DNA from: Bythopirellula sp.
GTDB taxonomy: Bacteria > Planctomycetota > Planctomycetia > Pirellulales > Lacipirellulaceae
Length of the DNA: 64,000 nucleotides
Assembly (NCBI GenBank): GCA_965216565.1
Contig: OZ244170.1
Span: forward strand, 416,001 to 480,000
Direction: 5' to 3'
Shown: positions 27,338 through 38,358 of the stretch, one piece after another
Numbering within the stretch: position 1 is the stretch's first letter
Layout: every line of letters begins with the position of its first letter
Made by a program: the position numbers and the translations under genes
The notes under the pieces: generated by a model
Databases searched by the model: none
Told to the model about the DNA's origin: nothing
What the model saw: the letters and a program-made list of their open reading frames with translations, nothing else

Positions 27338-28495
27338 ATGAATGTTAGACCTGCGGCTACATTGAGTGATTCAGGTTATTTTCCTGCTGAGGAAGGCATA
27401 CACAAGGGATCGGAACCGTCCGATCAGCAGGCGCTATCCGAAACAAGTACGTTCAATTTTGGACGGAGAATACGCATTGCAATGCTGTTCTGGATTTTGG
27501 GCCTGTCACTGACAGCTGCCGGTCATTGGGTCTACGTTTCTCTAAGATCTCTCGATCGTGATTTCTCTGCTTCCACGTATAGACAGGCTGGTGCTCCAGT
27601 CGCGTGGGTGGGCCATGGCACTCTTGAAGAAGCTAAGCATCAGGCATGGACACGTCATGGATCGCCAATGAAACTGCCTGTTGCCGAGAAGCCGAACCAG
27701 CCTGTTGTTCATACACTGCCAATGTCGCGATTTTGGACAGCAATAAGTTTGTCATTAGTTGGTGGCACGTTTCTTTTAATCTGGCTGGGACAGTTCCTGA
27801 AGGACAACGGGCTCCAGTCGTTCCTCGGTGCCTTAGCGGGTCACGCCCTATGGCTCGGCGGGATAGAGATTGGACTGGATCTTGCGTCTCGACGACTTGG
27901 TCTAGCGGGTAGCCTTGAAGTTCATGAGGGCAAACTTATTGGCGTACATGGAACGGGAATTCTGATCCAGATGTCAGCTGTCTTTCTCATCCCTATGTTG
28001 ATCGGGCTAACCTTTCATGAATCGAACCGTTGTGCCGTTTTTCGCTGGGTGCGAAAGCGCTTGCCGCTAACCCGCCGGCAACTAGTCAGCGGCCACGTGG
28101 ACAACTACGCTGCGCGGACGGCACTTCAATACTTCATGACAGTCTGGTTCTGTTATGTAACTGTTCTCTGGCTGGCCGATCCGGCGGCCTCCATGGTTGG
28201 ACATATTTTGCTATTCGCTGCTCTCGTGGCGATTGCAGTTTTCACGCCATACATGATCTGGCGTGCTGCATCTCAGCCCACGTCGGCCCAGGCACTCCGC
28301 TACAGCGTTAGTGGTGCCGTCGTTACGTGGACAGGTATTGAAATTGCGGCCGCGATGAGATTATTCGAAGAACCCTGGCCGAATGAGAGTTTGGCAATAG
28401 GCGCCGTTCTGGTGGGCCTATGTATAGCAGTTTCCCTAATGTCAGTGCGAGTCTTGGTCAACACACATAGCAGCAAACTGACCTCGGCAACATGA
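27338..28495 (+). CDS. Multi-pass membrane protein of unknown function
   Basis: About 8-9 hydrophobic segments; ATG 27338 with GAGGA RBS. Confidence 0.75.
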   Translation: MNVRPAATLSDSGYFPAEEGIHKGSEPSDQQALSETSTFNFGRRIRIAMLFWILGLSLTAAGHWVYVSLRSLDRDFSASTYRQAGAPVAWVGHGTLEEAKHQAWTRHGSPMKLPVAEKPNQPVVHTLPMSRFWTAISLSLVGGTFLLIWLGQFLKDNGLQSFLGALAGHALWLGGIEIGLDLASRRLGLAGSLEVHEGKLIGVHGTGILIQMSAVFLIPMLIGLTFHESNRCAVFRWVRKRLPLTRRQLVSGHVDNYAARTALQYFMTVWFCYVTVLWLADPAASMVGHILLFAALVAIAVFTPYMIWRAASQPTSAQALRYSVSGAVVTWTGIEIAAAMRLFEEPWPNESLAIGAVLVGLCIAVSLMSVRVLVNTHSSKLTSAT

Positions 28496-28772
28496 ATTCC
28501 CTACCGATGGCTAATTGGGCCAATCCATCGAGTAGGTGCCCGACTCGCTAATCTATTTGAGACCCCATTTGACTTCTAAAATTGCGCTTACCATTCTTGA
28601 TGCGAGCTGCTCACGATACTGAGGTCCGCTCTGCTGACTTCGGATCTTTCGAGATGAACCCGGCGGGATTGACTGCTAAAGCCAGGTCAGACAATATGGA
28701 ACCTTTACTTACACAGCTCATCATCCATTGGCCTAGTAGGGCCCCTGGTCCAGATTCGAGGGGTGCCACGCC

Positions 28773-29207
28773 GTGCCACGCAGTCGTTCAGCATCAAACC
28801 CACACGCCCGGACTCGCAGTGACCACACGACAGAAACAGCTGAAGACTATGTCGAGGCAATTGCTTCGATTATAGACGATCGTGGTAGTTGTCGTGGTGT
28901 TGACTTGGCAAAACGATTCGCCGTGAGTCACGCTACAGTAAACCGCAGTGTTACGAGGTTGCAGAAGCAAGGCTTGATTTCGACCAGGCCATATCGCCCA
29001 ATCGTGTTGACATCCAAGGGCAAGAAACTTGCTTCCATATCAAAAGAGCGACATCAAACAGTACATGATTTCTTGATCGCGATTGGGGTCGATGAAGCAA
29101 CGGCCGCAGTAGACGCCGAAGGGATCGAGCATCATGTTAGCAAGAAGACTTTGGATTGCCTCAAACAAGTCACGCGACGGCTGCACAGGTCAAGATTGAG
29201 CAAATAA
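28773..29207 (+). CDS. mntR: MntR/DtxR-family metalloregulator
   Basis: DHTTETAEDYVEAI, VSHATV HTH, RH..V..FL, DAEGIEHHVS. Confidence 0.92.
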   Translation: MPRSRSASNPHARTRSDHTTETAEDYVEAIASIIDDRGSCRGVDLAKRFAVSHATVNRSVTRLQKQGLISTRPYRPIVLTSKGKKLASISKERHQTVHDFLIAIGVDEATAAVDAEGIEHHVSKKTLDCLKQVTRRLHRSRLSK

Positions 29208-29401
29208 TGCTCCTTCAGAATTACCGACCATACGAATCGTACGAGGAGGGAGGGTCCAGAAGTGGTGTCATTACAAGAATCCATGTTAGTCGTATTGTGC
29301 CATGTATTGAGTAGATCGAAAGCAATAGTGGCGTACAGTGCGCCTGACTCACGAGTGTCGATGTCGGTGCTATAAGTCTGGTTGACGCAACCGAGTTCTC
29401 C

Positions 29402-29893
29402 TCACTTGAGGTCGACGATATCGACGTTGCTAGTTTCAGTATCTAGTAGTGCGACTGTCGGGCGACCGAACGACCAGCCGCCGGTTTCGCCGGGGTTAAT
29501 GAGCAGCTGGCCAGCTTCGCCACGTCGAACGCGAGGTTTGTGGGTATGACCGAACACAGCGACATCGTAGTACTGGTCAACATTTCGCAATTGTCGCTCC
29601 ATGTGGGTTATCACGAACTTCGTGCCGTCATCCCCGTTGTAGAACACCGGCGGTTCTCCAAAGGCGCTGGTGACGATGCTCAGTCCTGACAGAAGTCCAA
29701 CTTTATTGCCTTCGTTGTCACCAAAGCAGCCGACCAATGGACATCGCAACGCGCGCAGTGGCGGAACGGCAATCGTGGAAACCAGATCGCCTGCAAATAT
29801 CACCAATTCACAAGACGCGTCGTTGAAGCGCTGGACGGCTAAGCGAAGATGGTCTAGGTGATCGTGTGAATCTGCAAACAGTCCTACTTGCAT
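29402..29893 (-). CDS. Metallophosphoesterase (YfcE/MJ0936 family)
   Basis: DSHD, AGD, GDNE, TH, GHTH, NPGE; ATG 29893. Confidence 0.9.
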   Translation of the reverse strand: MQVGLFADSHDHLDHLRLAVQRFNDASCELVIFAGDLVSTIAVPPLRALRCPLVGCFGDNEGNKVGLLSGLSIVTSAFGEPPVFYNGDDGTKFVITHMERQLRNVDQYYDVAVFGHTHKPRVRRGEAGQLLINPGETGGWSFGRPTVALLDTETSNVDIVDLK

Positions 29894-29958
29894 GGCATGC
29901 GGGCCGGCGGACCGAACAAAGCTAAGAGCAGGGGCACTTAGCTTTGCTCGATCTAGAC

Positions 29959-30321
29959 CTACTCGGTCGGTTGTGGTGGTTTCTGGCCGGTCTTGGCCTC
30001 GTAGCGTGCGGCAAATTTGTCGAAACGTGCAGGGCTGCAAAGGAAACACTGGGACTCGGGTCGATTGTGTTCGTCGCACCAGTCACCCTCTTCTTTGAAC
30101 TTGGCAACCAGCGACTTGTCACACAAGGCGCACTCTCCCTCCGGAACGCCATGTTCAACGCACCACCAACCACCGTGACTGTGGTCGACGGCAGTCGCGG
30201 CGGGTGATTCGGCAGCTCCCTCGGAAGCGGTGTCGCTATTGCTGCATCCAGCCAACATGATCGCTGCTGTCGCCAGCACACCAAGTGACATCTTCCGTAC
30301 GCTCAAAATCCACTGCATCAA
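29959..30321 (-). CDS. Lipoprotein with WCxEHxxPExxCxxC metal-binding repeats
   Basis: LAGC lipobox; WCVEHGVPEGECALC and WCDEHNRPESQCFLC. Confidence 0.85.
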   Translation of the reverse strand: MMQWILSVRKMSLGVLATAAIMLAGCSNSDTASEGAAESPAATAVDHSHGGWWCVEHGVPEGECALCDKSLVAKFKEEGDWCDEHNRPESQCFLCSPARFDKFAARYEAKTGQKPPQPTE

Positions 30322-30351
30322 GAATCTCCTTTCGGCTTAGCCGAATCTAGG

Positions 30352-33300
30352 TTAGACCGACACCTCTTCCGGCAATTGCGCGGTTTCGCGCTTTGCTCCA
30401 GGTCCTGGGTCGGTCGGTTCAATGGGTTCGAAACGATGACCGTCATCGTCTCCTCCATCTTCATCAACACTCTCCGTCGGCAAATTGAAGACAACGTAGA
30501 GCACTCGTAAAACAAGCAAACTCATGATCATGGCGCTACAGACGCCACCGATGACGACCGTCGCCAACGGCCGCTGGACTTCCGCGCCCATGCCAGTGCT
30601 AAAGGCCATCGGCACGAAACCAAGGCTGGCGACGAGCGTCGTCATCAGAATTGGTCGCAATCGCGTCATTGCAGCCTCTTCGACCGCTTCGTCTAGCGAG
30701 CGGCCACGCCGGCGGAGCTGACGAATCGTCGAGACCAGCAGCATGTCATCCAAGACAGCAACGCCAGATAGCGCAATAAACCCGACCGCTGCCGAAATTG
30801 AAAACGGCATGTCTCGGATCCACAAGGCCAGAACGCCACCGATCCAAGCAAACGGCACTCCAGTGAATACTCGCAACGAGTCGATCCAATTGCGATACGT
30901 CATGTAAAGCAATGCCAGAATCATCAGCAATGCAATTGGGACAACAATCATCAGCCGCGTTTGAGCACGCTGAAGATTTTCGAACTGTCCCCCCCATTCA
31001 ATGCGGTAGCGGCCAGCAGGGAGTTGCACGTTTTCAGCAACGACTCGCTGCGCCTCGGCAACAAAGCTGCCAAGGTCTCGGCCGCGCACGTTGGATTCAA
31101 TCGTTATGCGGCGCTGGTACCAATCGCGTTTGATCGTGTTAAAGCCCTCAACGCGTTCAATGGAGGCGAGTCGCGAAAGAGGAATCCGCTGTCCCGATGG
31201 TGTGGCGACCAAGATCTTGCCAATCGCTTCGGGGTCGGCTCGGGCCGCCTCCGGTAAACGGATGACCAACGGAAACCGCAGTTGCCCTTCATGCACCTCT
31301 CCGACGTGGTTGCTGCCTAGCGAACGGACCAGGTTCATCACCGAGCGCGCGGGAATCCCATAGCGAGCGATTTCGTCTTGCTTGACACGAATCTCCAGGA
31401 CCGGCTGGCCGGTAATTTGCTCGATCTTGACGTCTTCAGCGCCCCGAATTGAATTGAGCAATCGTTCAATTTCTACGGCCTTTGCGTTCATCAGGTCGAG
31501 ATCGTCGCCATACAGAATGGCTGCAACATCCGAACGAACGCCCGATATCATTTCGTTCATGCGCATTTCAATTGGCTGGGACAACGCTAAGCGTGGTCCT
31601 GGCAAATCGCGAAGTTCGTGGTGCACAAGCGTCGTCAGTTCCTCCTGCGTAGTGGCTCGCGTCCAGTGCTGGCGCGGGTGGAGCGTGATAAACAGGTCGG
31701 TCAACTCAGTACCCATCGGGTCGGTCGCAACTTCGGCAGTCCCGATCCGGCTCCACACCTGGTTGACCTCGTCGGGAAACTTCTCCAACAAAACCTGCTC
31801 CATACGAGTGTTGTAGCGCATTGATTCTTCCAGAGGCGTCCCCGCAAGTCTCACGACGTTAAGCGTGATGGCACCTTCGGAAAGCCGAGGTACGAATTCG
31901 CTGCCAAGATTGGGAGCCACGAGACTGAACACACTGACAAGCAGCAGCAGTGCCGAGCCGATGACGAACGCCTTGTGGTGCATGGTGAACCGCAGAACTG
32001 GCGCGTAAAGCCATTTGAGAAACCGGATCAATAGCGGTTCTTTTTCTTTGACATTTTTGGGCAGGAACAGGCTGGCAAGCACCGGCATCAAGGTCAGTGA
32101 CAACACCATCGAACCGGCGAGCGCCATGATGACCGTTAGCGCCATCGGTCGAAATAGCTTGCCCTCGATTCCCTCCAGCGTGAGGATCGGCAGGTAGACG
32201 ATCATGATAATCAGCTCGCCGAACATGGTCGGCTTACGAACCTCGACTGCCGCCTCACGGATGATTTCTAATCGGCTACGCCCGTTCTGCCCATGAGCCA
32301 GGTGCCGTACGCAGTTTTCGATCATGACGACCGAGCTGTCGACAACCAGTCCGAAATCAATGGCGCCCAGGCTGAGCAGGCTGGCGGCAATGCCGAATTT
32401 GAGCATCCCAGAGAACGCACACAGCATCGACAAGGGAATTGCCAAGGCAACGATCAATCCCGCGCGGAGATTACCGAGAAAGATGAACAGCACCGCAATG
32501 ACAAGCAACCCGCCCTCGAAGAGGTTCTTCTGGACGGTGTGAATAACGTGGTCAATGAGTTCGGTGCGGTCGTAGACCGTTTCAATGGTGACCCCCGCTG
32601 GTAGTGTTTCCTTAATGTGTTCCAGTTTTTCTTTGAGTGCCCAGGTGACCTGATCGCTGTTCTCACCCATCAACATGAAGCCAAGACCGAGCACCGCCTC
32701 GCCACGGCCGTTTGCTGTGACTGCCCCGCGACGGACTTCATGTCCGATCTGCACCTCGGCAACGTCTCGCACGCGAACAGGCACACCGTCCTTTGCCGTC
32801 ACGATGACTTCCTCGATCTGCTCGATGCTCACCGTGCGTCCGACTCCGTGAACGAGCAACATTTCGCTACCATCGGTGACCGTCCCGCCCCCCACGTTTT
32901 CGTTGTTTACCTTGATCGCCTCGGAGACCTGCTCGAATGTCAGGCCATACTTGATCAGCAGCTCGGGATCGAGCCGGACCTGGTACTGCTTCTCGTAACC
33001 ACCCCAACTATTGACCTCAGCAACACCACGTACGGACCGTAGTTGAGGTTTGACTGTCCAATCATGAATCGTTCGCAGCTCAGTCAACCGGCGGACACGC
33101 TCTTCTTGTGGGACCGTCGAAAGATCAACGCCTTCGTAGACCAGAACATAGTGAAAGACTTCGCCCAAGCCAGTTGAGACGGGGCCCATCTGTGGTCGCT
33201 GAATGCCTGCAGGCAGTTCGACCGTCGAAAGTCGTTCGTTGACCAGTTGACGTGCAAAATAGATTTCGATGTCGTCGTCAAAGATGACCACAATCTGCGA

Positions 33301-33570
33301 CAATCCGAATTTGGATATCGAGCGAAGTTCCCTCAAGCCTGGCAAGCCGCTAATCGCCTGCTCGACCGGGAAGGTGATCTGTCGCTCAATCTCCTCAGAA
33401 GCGAGTGACGGGGCAACGGTGTTGATCTGAATCTGGACTGGCGTCGTGTCCGGAAACGCGTCGATATCAAGCTGCCGTAGCGAAAATGCGCCAACGACAG
33501 CGAACAAACCGGCGACTAGAATCACTAGCGCGCGATGTCGCAACGAAAAGTCTATTAACCAATTAAGCAT
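30352..33570 (-). CDS. czcA: Heavy-metal RND permease, CzcA-type
   Basis: IDAFPDTT, DFGLVVDSSVVMIEN (TM4), RLRPILMT. Confidence 0.93.
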   Translation of the reverse strand: MLNWLIDFSLRHRALVILVAGLFAVVGAFSLRQLDIDAFPDTTPVQIQINTVAPSLASEEIERQITFPVEQAISGLPGLRELRSISKFGLSQIVVIFDDDIEIYFARQLVNERLSTVELPAGIQRPQMGPVSTGLGEVFHYVLVYEGVDLSTVPQEERVRRLTELRTIHDWTVKPQLRSVRGVAEVNSWGGYEKQYQVRLDPELLIKYGLTFEQVSEAIKVNNENVGGGTVTDGSEMLLVHGVGRTVSIEQIEEVIVTAKDGVPVRVRDVAEVQIGHEVRRGAVTANGRGEAVLGLGFMLMGENSDQVTWALKEKLEHIKETLPAGVTIETVYDRTELIDHVIHTVQKNLFEGGLLVIAVLFIFLGNLRAGLIVALAIPLSMLCAFSGMLKFGIAASLLSLGAIDFGLVVDSSVVMIENCVRHLAHGQNGRSRLEIIREAAVEVRKPTMFGELIIMIVYLPILTLEGIEGKLFRPMALTVIMALAGSMVLSLTLMPVLASLFLPKNVKEKEPLLIRFLKWLYAPVLRFTMHHKAFVIGSALLLLVSVFSLVAPNLGSEFVPRLSEGAITLNVVRLAGTPLEESMRYNTRMEQVLLEKFPDEVNQVWSRIGTAEVATDPMGTELTDLFITLHPRQHWTRATTQEELTTLVHHELRDLPGPRLALSQPIEMRMNEMISGVRSDVAAILYGDDLDLMNAKAVEIERLLNSIRGAEDVKIEQITGQPVLEIRVKQDEIARYGIPARSVMNLVRSLGSNHVGEVHEGQLRFPLVIRLPEAARADPEAIGKILVATPSGQRIPLSRLASIERVEGFNTIKRDWYQRRITIESNVRGRDLGSFVAEAQRVVAENVQLPAGRYRIEWGGQFENLQRAQTRLMIVVPIALLMILALLYMTYRNWIDSLRVFTGVPFAWIGGVLALWIRDMPFSISAAVGFIALSGVAVLDDMLLVSTIRQLRRRGRSLDEAVEEAAMTRLRPILMTTLVASLGFVPMAFSTGMGAEVQRPLATVVIGGVCSAMIMSLLVLRVLYVVFNLPTESVDEDGGDDDGHRFEPIEPTDPGPGAKRETAQLPEEVSV

Positions 33571-33581
33571 CCTTGCTCTCC

Positions 33582-35264
33582 CTATTCAGCGACGCAGTCG
33601 CAACCAGCACCGAGGTTGTTTTTCAGTAGCTGTGCACGAAGCACGTCGCTTCCCGCTACAGCGATGACTTCCCGGGGAAGCACTCCGGAGATGACTTCGG
33701 TGTATTTGTCGTTGGATGCACCCAAACGCACGGATCGAACGTGGAATACTTTGGGGCTGCCCGAGCTAGTGAAGTAGTTCTTGTCACGGACGAAGACGAC
33801 TTGGCAGCATCCTTCCCAGTGTGATGATCCGTTGGGAATCACAATCGCCTCGGGTTCTTCACGGAGAATAATGTCACCGGTGCCGAAGGTTTCGTTGAGC
33901 AGCAGACCGTCAGAATTGGGGAGCACCGCCCGGACTTGAAACATTCGAGTCTGCTGATCGGCGGTCGTACTAATCCAATCGAGTTTGCCTTCGACTACGT
34001 CCTTACTGCCGTCGGGTTGGAATTGTACGGTTTGACCGACAGCAAGTTGGCCGCGATGTTCCAGCGGGAGATTCAGCAGCAGCCACATTTGGTTGAGGTT
34101 GGCGACTTGAAATAGGGTGCGCGTCGAATCGACAACTTCACCAGGTGTGACCGACCGATCGACTATGAGTCCGGTCATGGGCGAGAGGATGGGAAGCAGG
34201 TTCGCCGTTGATGTCTGATCACTAAGCGCTGAGCGTAGCGATTCGGGAATCCCCAGCAAACGCAATTGTTCCATGACCGCGGCGACCGACAGTCCGCGCA
34301 ACAGATTGACGTCGACTGGCAACCCGAGGTTTCGTAGCGATTGTTCGGCGCTGAGCACATCAGCCTGAGCTTTCGCCAGGGCGGCCTGAGCGTCTAGGAT
34401 TCGGGCTCCAGCGACAGCACCTTTCGCCTGATTGAGCCTGGAAACGTTCTGTCTTTGCAGGCGTTCCTCCGCGAGTGCTCGAAGCAGGTCGGTCTTCAGT
34501 TCTCCGACCTCGGCGGCATCGACCAAGGCGAGTACCTCGCCACGTTCGACCTGGTCGCCAACATTCTTCTGAACCATCCAGACGCTACCGGGCACTCGCG
34601 ACGCAAGGCTCGCCAGACGTGTAGGGTCGTAAACAATTTCACCGCTACCGCCGATCGACTCGACTAATGGCTGTCGCTCGACCAACTCAACGTCCACGCC
34701 CGCCTGCCGCACCGATTCGACCGACTCAAACTGAATTCGCGTCTTGTAGATCTTACAGGCGCTGTTGTTTTCCTTTCGCGGCGCAACTGCGAGGGCACGA
34801 GCGGCCCGCTCCAAATCGCTCGCCAACACAGTTGGCGTCTCCTTCAACTGGGCAACGTCTGGATGTTCCAACGTGCAATTGTGGACTCCGTGCTCTGGGC
34901 ACCAACCATAGTCGGGACCACGGGGCATCAGCGTTGAGTCACACTCAACGCATATCGATTCAGGTACAGCGTGTTCTTCACACCAGTCGGACACCAGCGG
35001 CTCGGCGGAACCGGTCAACACAGAAAACTTGGGGATTTTCCAATCGTTGTGGTGTCCGTAGTAGAACACAGCGACGAAACCGGCCAGAACCAAGGTTGGC
35101 CCAATGGCGCTGGTGACGACTTGGAACGGTCGCCGAATGGCATCGCGTGGTTTAGAAGGAGCCAGTACGGTCTCTGCGCTTTCGTCAGCTTGGCTGATGA
35201 CAGATTGCTGAGTTGGACCGCTGGGCGGTTTATGTTGAGTAGGATTAGTGACTGCATGGCTCAT
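33582..35264 (-). CDS. RND membrane fusion protein with N-terminal WCxEH metal-binding domain (CzcB-like)
   Basis: TM anchor; WCEEHAVPESICVEC; lipoyl/barrel MFP motifs; ends GAGCDC. Confidence 0.9.
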   Translation of the reverse strand: MSHAVTNPTQHKPPSGPTQQSVISQADESAETVLAPSKPRDAIRRPFQVVTSAIGPTLVLAGFVAVFYYGHHNDWKIPKFSVLTGSAEPLVSDWCEEHAVPESICVECDSTLMPRGPDYGWCPEHGVHNCTLEHPDVAQLKETPTVLASDLERAARALAVAPRKENNSACKIYKTRIQFESVESVRQAGVDVELVERQPLVESIGGSGEIVYDPTRLASLASRVPGSVWMVQKNVGDQVERGEVLALVDAAEVGELKTDLLRALAEERLQRQNVSRLNQAKGAVAGARILDAQAALAKAQADVLSAEQSLRNLGLPVDVNLLRGLSVAAVMEQLRLLGIPESLRSALSDQTSTANLLPILSPMTGLIVDRSVTPGEVVDSTRTLFQVANLNQMWLLLNLPLEHRGQLAVGQTVQFQPDGSKDVVEGKLDWISTTADQQTRMFQVRAVLPNSDGLLLNETFGTGDIILREEPEAIVIPNGSSHWEGCCQVVFVRDKNYFTSSGSPKVFHVRSVRLGASNDKYTEVISGVLPREVIAVAGSDVLRAQLLKNNLGAGCDCVAE

Positions 35265-35429
35265 AGGAGGGCTCCTGCTTGTAACGTGGGAATGGTCGTC
35301 GCAATGCGTCGAAGGTTGCCCAAGCGGACGCGAAAGGACGAGGGGGCACTGACAACGATAACTATTGGCTCAGAATCGACGTGCGTCGGCACCGTCGGTT
35401 CCAAGTGTCAGCGCAGTGGCCAGATAGGC

Positions 35430-35864
35430 CTAGAGCAGCAGCGAGGCAATCACTAGTCGGATCGCTATCCCACTAGAAAGGTCCGGACGGCTTTCGGTGC
35501 GGGATTCGAGATGATTGGGCGAAGCGAACGAACGGCAGACCTCGTCAATCGACGCCGCATCAAACTGTTCGCTGAGCGACCAACCAAAACTTAGTTGGCG
35601 GATCTTGTTGGGAGCATCTGAGAGCGCGTGGCACATGCACGATTCGTCGCAAGGGCACTGCGAGGGAGTGGGGCAACGCTCTTCATGGCCGTAGCCGGAA
35701 GACGCCGGTGACAAATCCTGGGAGGTTGAGCACTCGCAACGAAAGACACTCTCACATCGATCCGGTGTAACTGAGGCCTGGGCGACGTTCGCTGTACCCA
35801 TGCATAGCATGGGGCAGAACAGTACCCGCAGCACGATCAGAGAAACGACGATGTGGTGGAACAT
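35430..35864 (-). CDS. Cys-rich secreted small protein heading RND operon 1
   Basis: Signal-like N-terminus, many Cys, C-terminus AIRLVIASLLL. Confidence 0.7.
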   Translation of the reverse strand: MFHHIVVSLIVLRVLFCPMLCMGTANVAQASVTPDRCESVFRCECSTSQDLSPASSGYGHEERCPTPSQCPCDESCMCHALSDAPNKIRQLSFGWSLSEQFDAASIDEVCRSFASPNHLESRTESRPDLSSGIAIRLVIASLLL

Positions 35865-36180
35865 GGAAAATTACCGGTGAAAACTGCCTTTACCCATTCC
35901 ATTATACTATACCTATCTTGCCGAGGGGACAAGACTGGCCCCAGCAGCCGCTCCCTAGCTAAAAATCGGGAAGAATGCCTGCTTTCGCGGATCCGGAGAC
36001 GGTCGCCAAGGAGCGTTGCATGCAGTGATCTCCATTGAATGACCAGCTGGTAATGCCGTCTTGCAGCGTACCTACATTTGGCTTGGCGAATGCAATAGAC
36101 AGACCTTGGTCTTCATAGTTCAATGACGATTTTGTCGAGTTTTGGAACGAGTGCCACGCCGAATGGGAAGTAGGTTTGAG

Positions 36181-38358
36181 TTAGCGAAGCAATCGCAAGC
36201 CATTGAAGACGACCACGAGCGAAGCGCCCATGTCAGCGGCAATCGCAGCCCACAGCGAAGAATAGCCCCCAAAAGTTAGCAGCACGAACAATGCTTTTAC
36301 GCAGAGAGAAAAGGTGATGTTTTGCCGAATGATTGCCAAAGTACGACGCGAATGGTGAATCAACCAAGGGAGTTTGGCGAGGTCATCTGACATCAAAGCA
36401 ATATCAGCCGTTTCGATCGCAGCATCAGTACCTACAGCACCCATGGCAATTCCCAGTGAGGCACGGGCTAAGGCGGGAGCGTCATTGACACCATCGCCAA
36501 TCATACCAACGTGCTCGAATCTCTCGACAAGGTTTTCTACGGCGTCAACTTTGTTCTCGGGTAGTAATTCTGCATGTACCTCATCGATACCCGCTTCGGA
36601 AGCAATCTTGTCTGCTGTGCCTTGGTTGTCACCGGTCAGCATGACGATGCTTTCAACGCCAGCTTCATGGAGTTCCGACAAGGTTTGCCTGACCGTAGGT
36701 CGTAGTGCATCCGCAAGTGAAATGAAGCCACAAACATGATCGTCGTTACCTACAACTACTATGGAACGCCCTGCTTCTTGCAACGTTTGGAGTTGATGGT
36801 GAATATCAGGAGTCTCTTGGCCGCGCTGTTCCAGATATCGATGCGATCCGAGCCAAAACAGCTTACCACCAACGAGCCCTTGAGCTCCCTTGCCCTGGAT
36901 GATTTCAAAGTTGCCAGCGGGCGGGATGGAAAGGTATCGTTCATTTGCTTCGGCAACAATTGCACGTGCCAGTGGATGGTTGGAGTGCGATTCTAGTGCC
37001 GCCGCTCTCTCCAATAATTCAGTTTCGTTATGTCCGCTAAGCGGTCGGATATCAACGACTTTCGGATTACCATGTGTCAATGTACCAGTCTTGTCCATAG
37101 CAATCGCTCGCAGCTTTGCTGGTGCCTCCACGAAGACGCCACCTTTGATGAGCACGCCGTTCTTGGCTGCTGCCGCCAGTGCGGAAACGATTGAGACGGG
37201 CGTCGAAATCACCAAGGCACACGGGCATGCGATCACTAAGAGCACCAGTGACCGGTAGAGCCACACCGACCACTCGCCGGAAAACAGTAGAGGTGGAACC
37301 AGTAATACCAAAGCAGCTAAGGCCATGACGCAAGGCGTATAATACCGGGCGAATTTTTCGACCCATTGCTCAGACGGGGAGCGTTTTGACTGGGCTTCGC
37401 CAACCATTTTAATGATGCGGGCTAGCGTGGTGTCCTCGGCCTGCCTAGTGGAGTTGATTTCTAGCACGCCATCCCCGTTGATCGTTCCAGCAAATACTTC
37501 CGCATCTTTTTCCTTTTGAGCAGGTACGCTTTCTCCTGTGATGGGTGCCTGATTAACCGCACTAGAACCCTTCAGAACAAGGCCATCCAACGGAATCTTC
37601 TCGCCTGGACGAACAGTAAACGTTGTGCCCACATGCACTTCGGCCACTGCAACTTCTTTTTCGTTTCCGTGTTCGTCACGTACGCGAGCCATTTGTGGAG
37701 CCAGATCCATCAGGGCAGCAATCGCTCGACGCGCGCGGCCAACACTCCATGACTCAAGAAGTAGCGAGACTGAAAACAGGAACGCAACCGTAGCGGCTTC
37801 TAGCCATTCACCTATAGCAGCTGCACCAATTACTGCTACGGTCATCAATAGATTCATGTCTGGTCGTAAAGTCTTTGCTGCCCGCCATGCCTTGGGAAGC
37901 ACGTACCATACGCCCGACAAGATGCCGATGAGATAAGCCGCGACCGACACGACCGGTACGGAGTGTGCGATTCCCATTCCTTCAGAACCCAAGCCTGATT
38001 GCAGACTTCCACCAATCCAGACAGCAAGTACGAAACCCAGCAGGCCGAACAAACCGCTAGCTGATGTCAGGCATATGCGTCCGTAATTTTGCCAGAATCC
38101 GTGGTCGAGAGAATCGTTAGCACGATCACTCCACATTTCTGCATGCATACCAGTGCGTGAGACATAATCGATTACGTCTGTAGCAGAGACCGCAACACCT
38201 TCAGTATCAACACTCAGCTTGGCATTCAGTAGATCAAAGGATAGACGTTCAACTTCTCCAACGAGCGGTCCCAGCTTATCTCTAAGTAAAGATATCTCTT
38301 CGGCGCAATGCATGCCGTCAATTCGAAATTCAAGTCTGTTCGCCATCTTATAATCCAT
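36181..38358 (-). CDS. cadA: P1B-type heavy-metal ATPase (Zn/Cd/Pb, CadA/ZntA-like)
   Basis: GMHCAEE N-domain, TGES, CPC, DKTGT, HP, GDGVNDAP, K in TM7, D in TM8. Confidence 0.92.
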   Translation of the reverse strand: MDYKMANRLEFRIDGMHCAEEISLLRDKLGPLVGEVERLSFDLLNAKLSVDTEGVAVSATDVIDYVSRTGMHAEMWSDRANDSLDHGFWQNYGRICLTSASGLFGLLGFVLAVWIGGSLQSGLGSEGMGIAHSVPVVSVAAYLIGILSGVWYVLPKAWRAAKTLRPDMNLLMTVAVIGAAAIGEWLEAATVAFLFSVSLLLESWSVGRARRAIAALMDLAPQMARVRDEHGNEKEVAVAEVHVGTTFTVRPGEKIPLDGLVLKGSSAVNQAPITGESVPAQKEKDAEVFAGTINGDGVLEINSTRQAEDTTLARIIKMVGEAQSKRSPSEQWVEKFARYYTPCVMALAALVLLVPPLLFSGEWSVWLYRSLVLLVIACPCALVISTPVSIVSALAAAAKNGVLIKGGVFVEAPAKLRAIAMDKTGTLTHGNPKVVDIRPLSGHNETELLERAAALESHSNHPLARAIVAEANERYLSIPPAGNFEIIQGKGAQGLVGGKLFWLGSHRYLEQRGQETPDIHHQLQTLQEAGRSIVVVGNDDHVCGFISLADALRPTVRQTLSELHEAGVESIVMLTGDNQGTADKIASEAGIDEVHAELLPENKVDAVENLVERFEHVGMIGDGVNDAPALARASLGIAMGAVGTDAAIETADIALMSDDLAKLPWLIHHSRRTLAIIRQNITFSLCVKALFVLLTFGGYSSLWAAIAADMGASLVVVFNGLRLLR

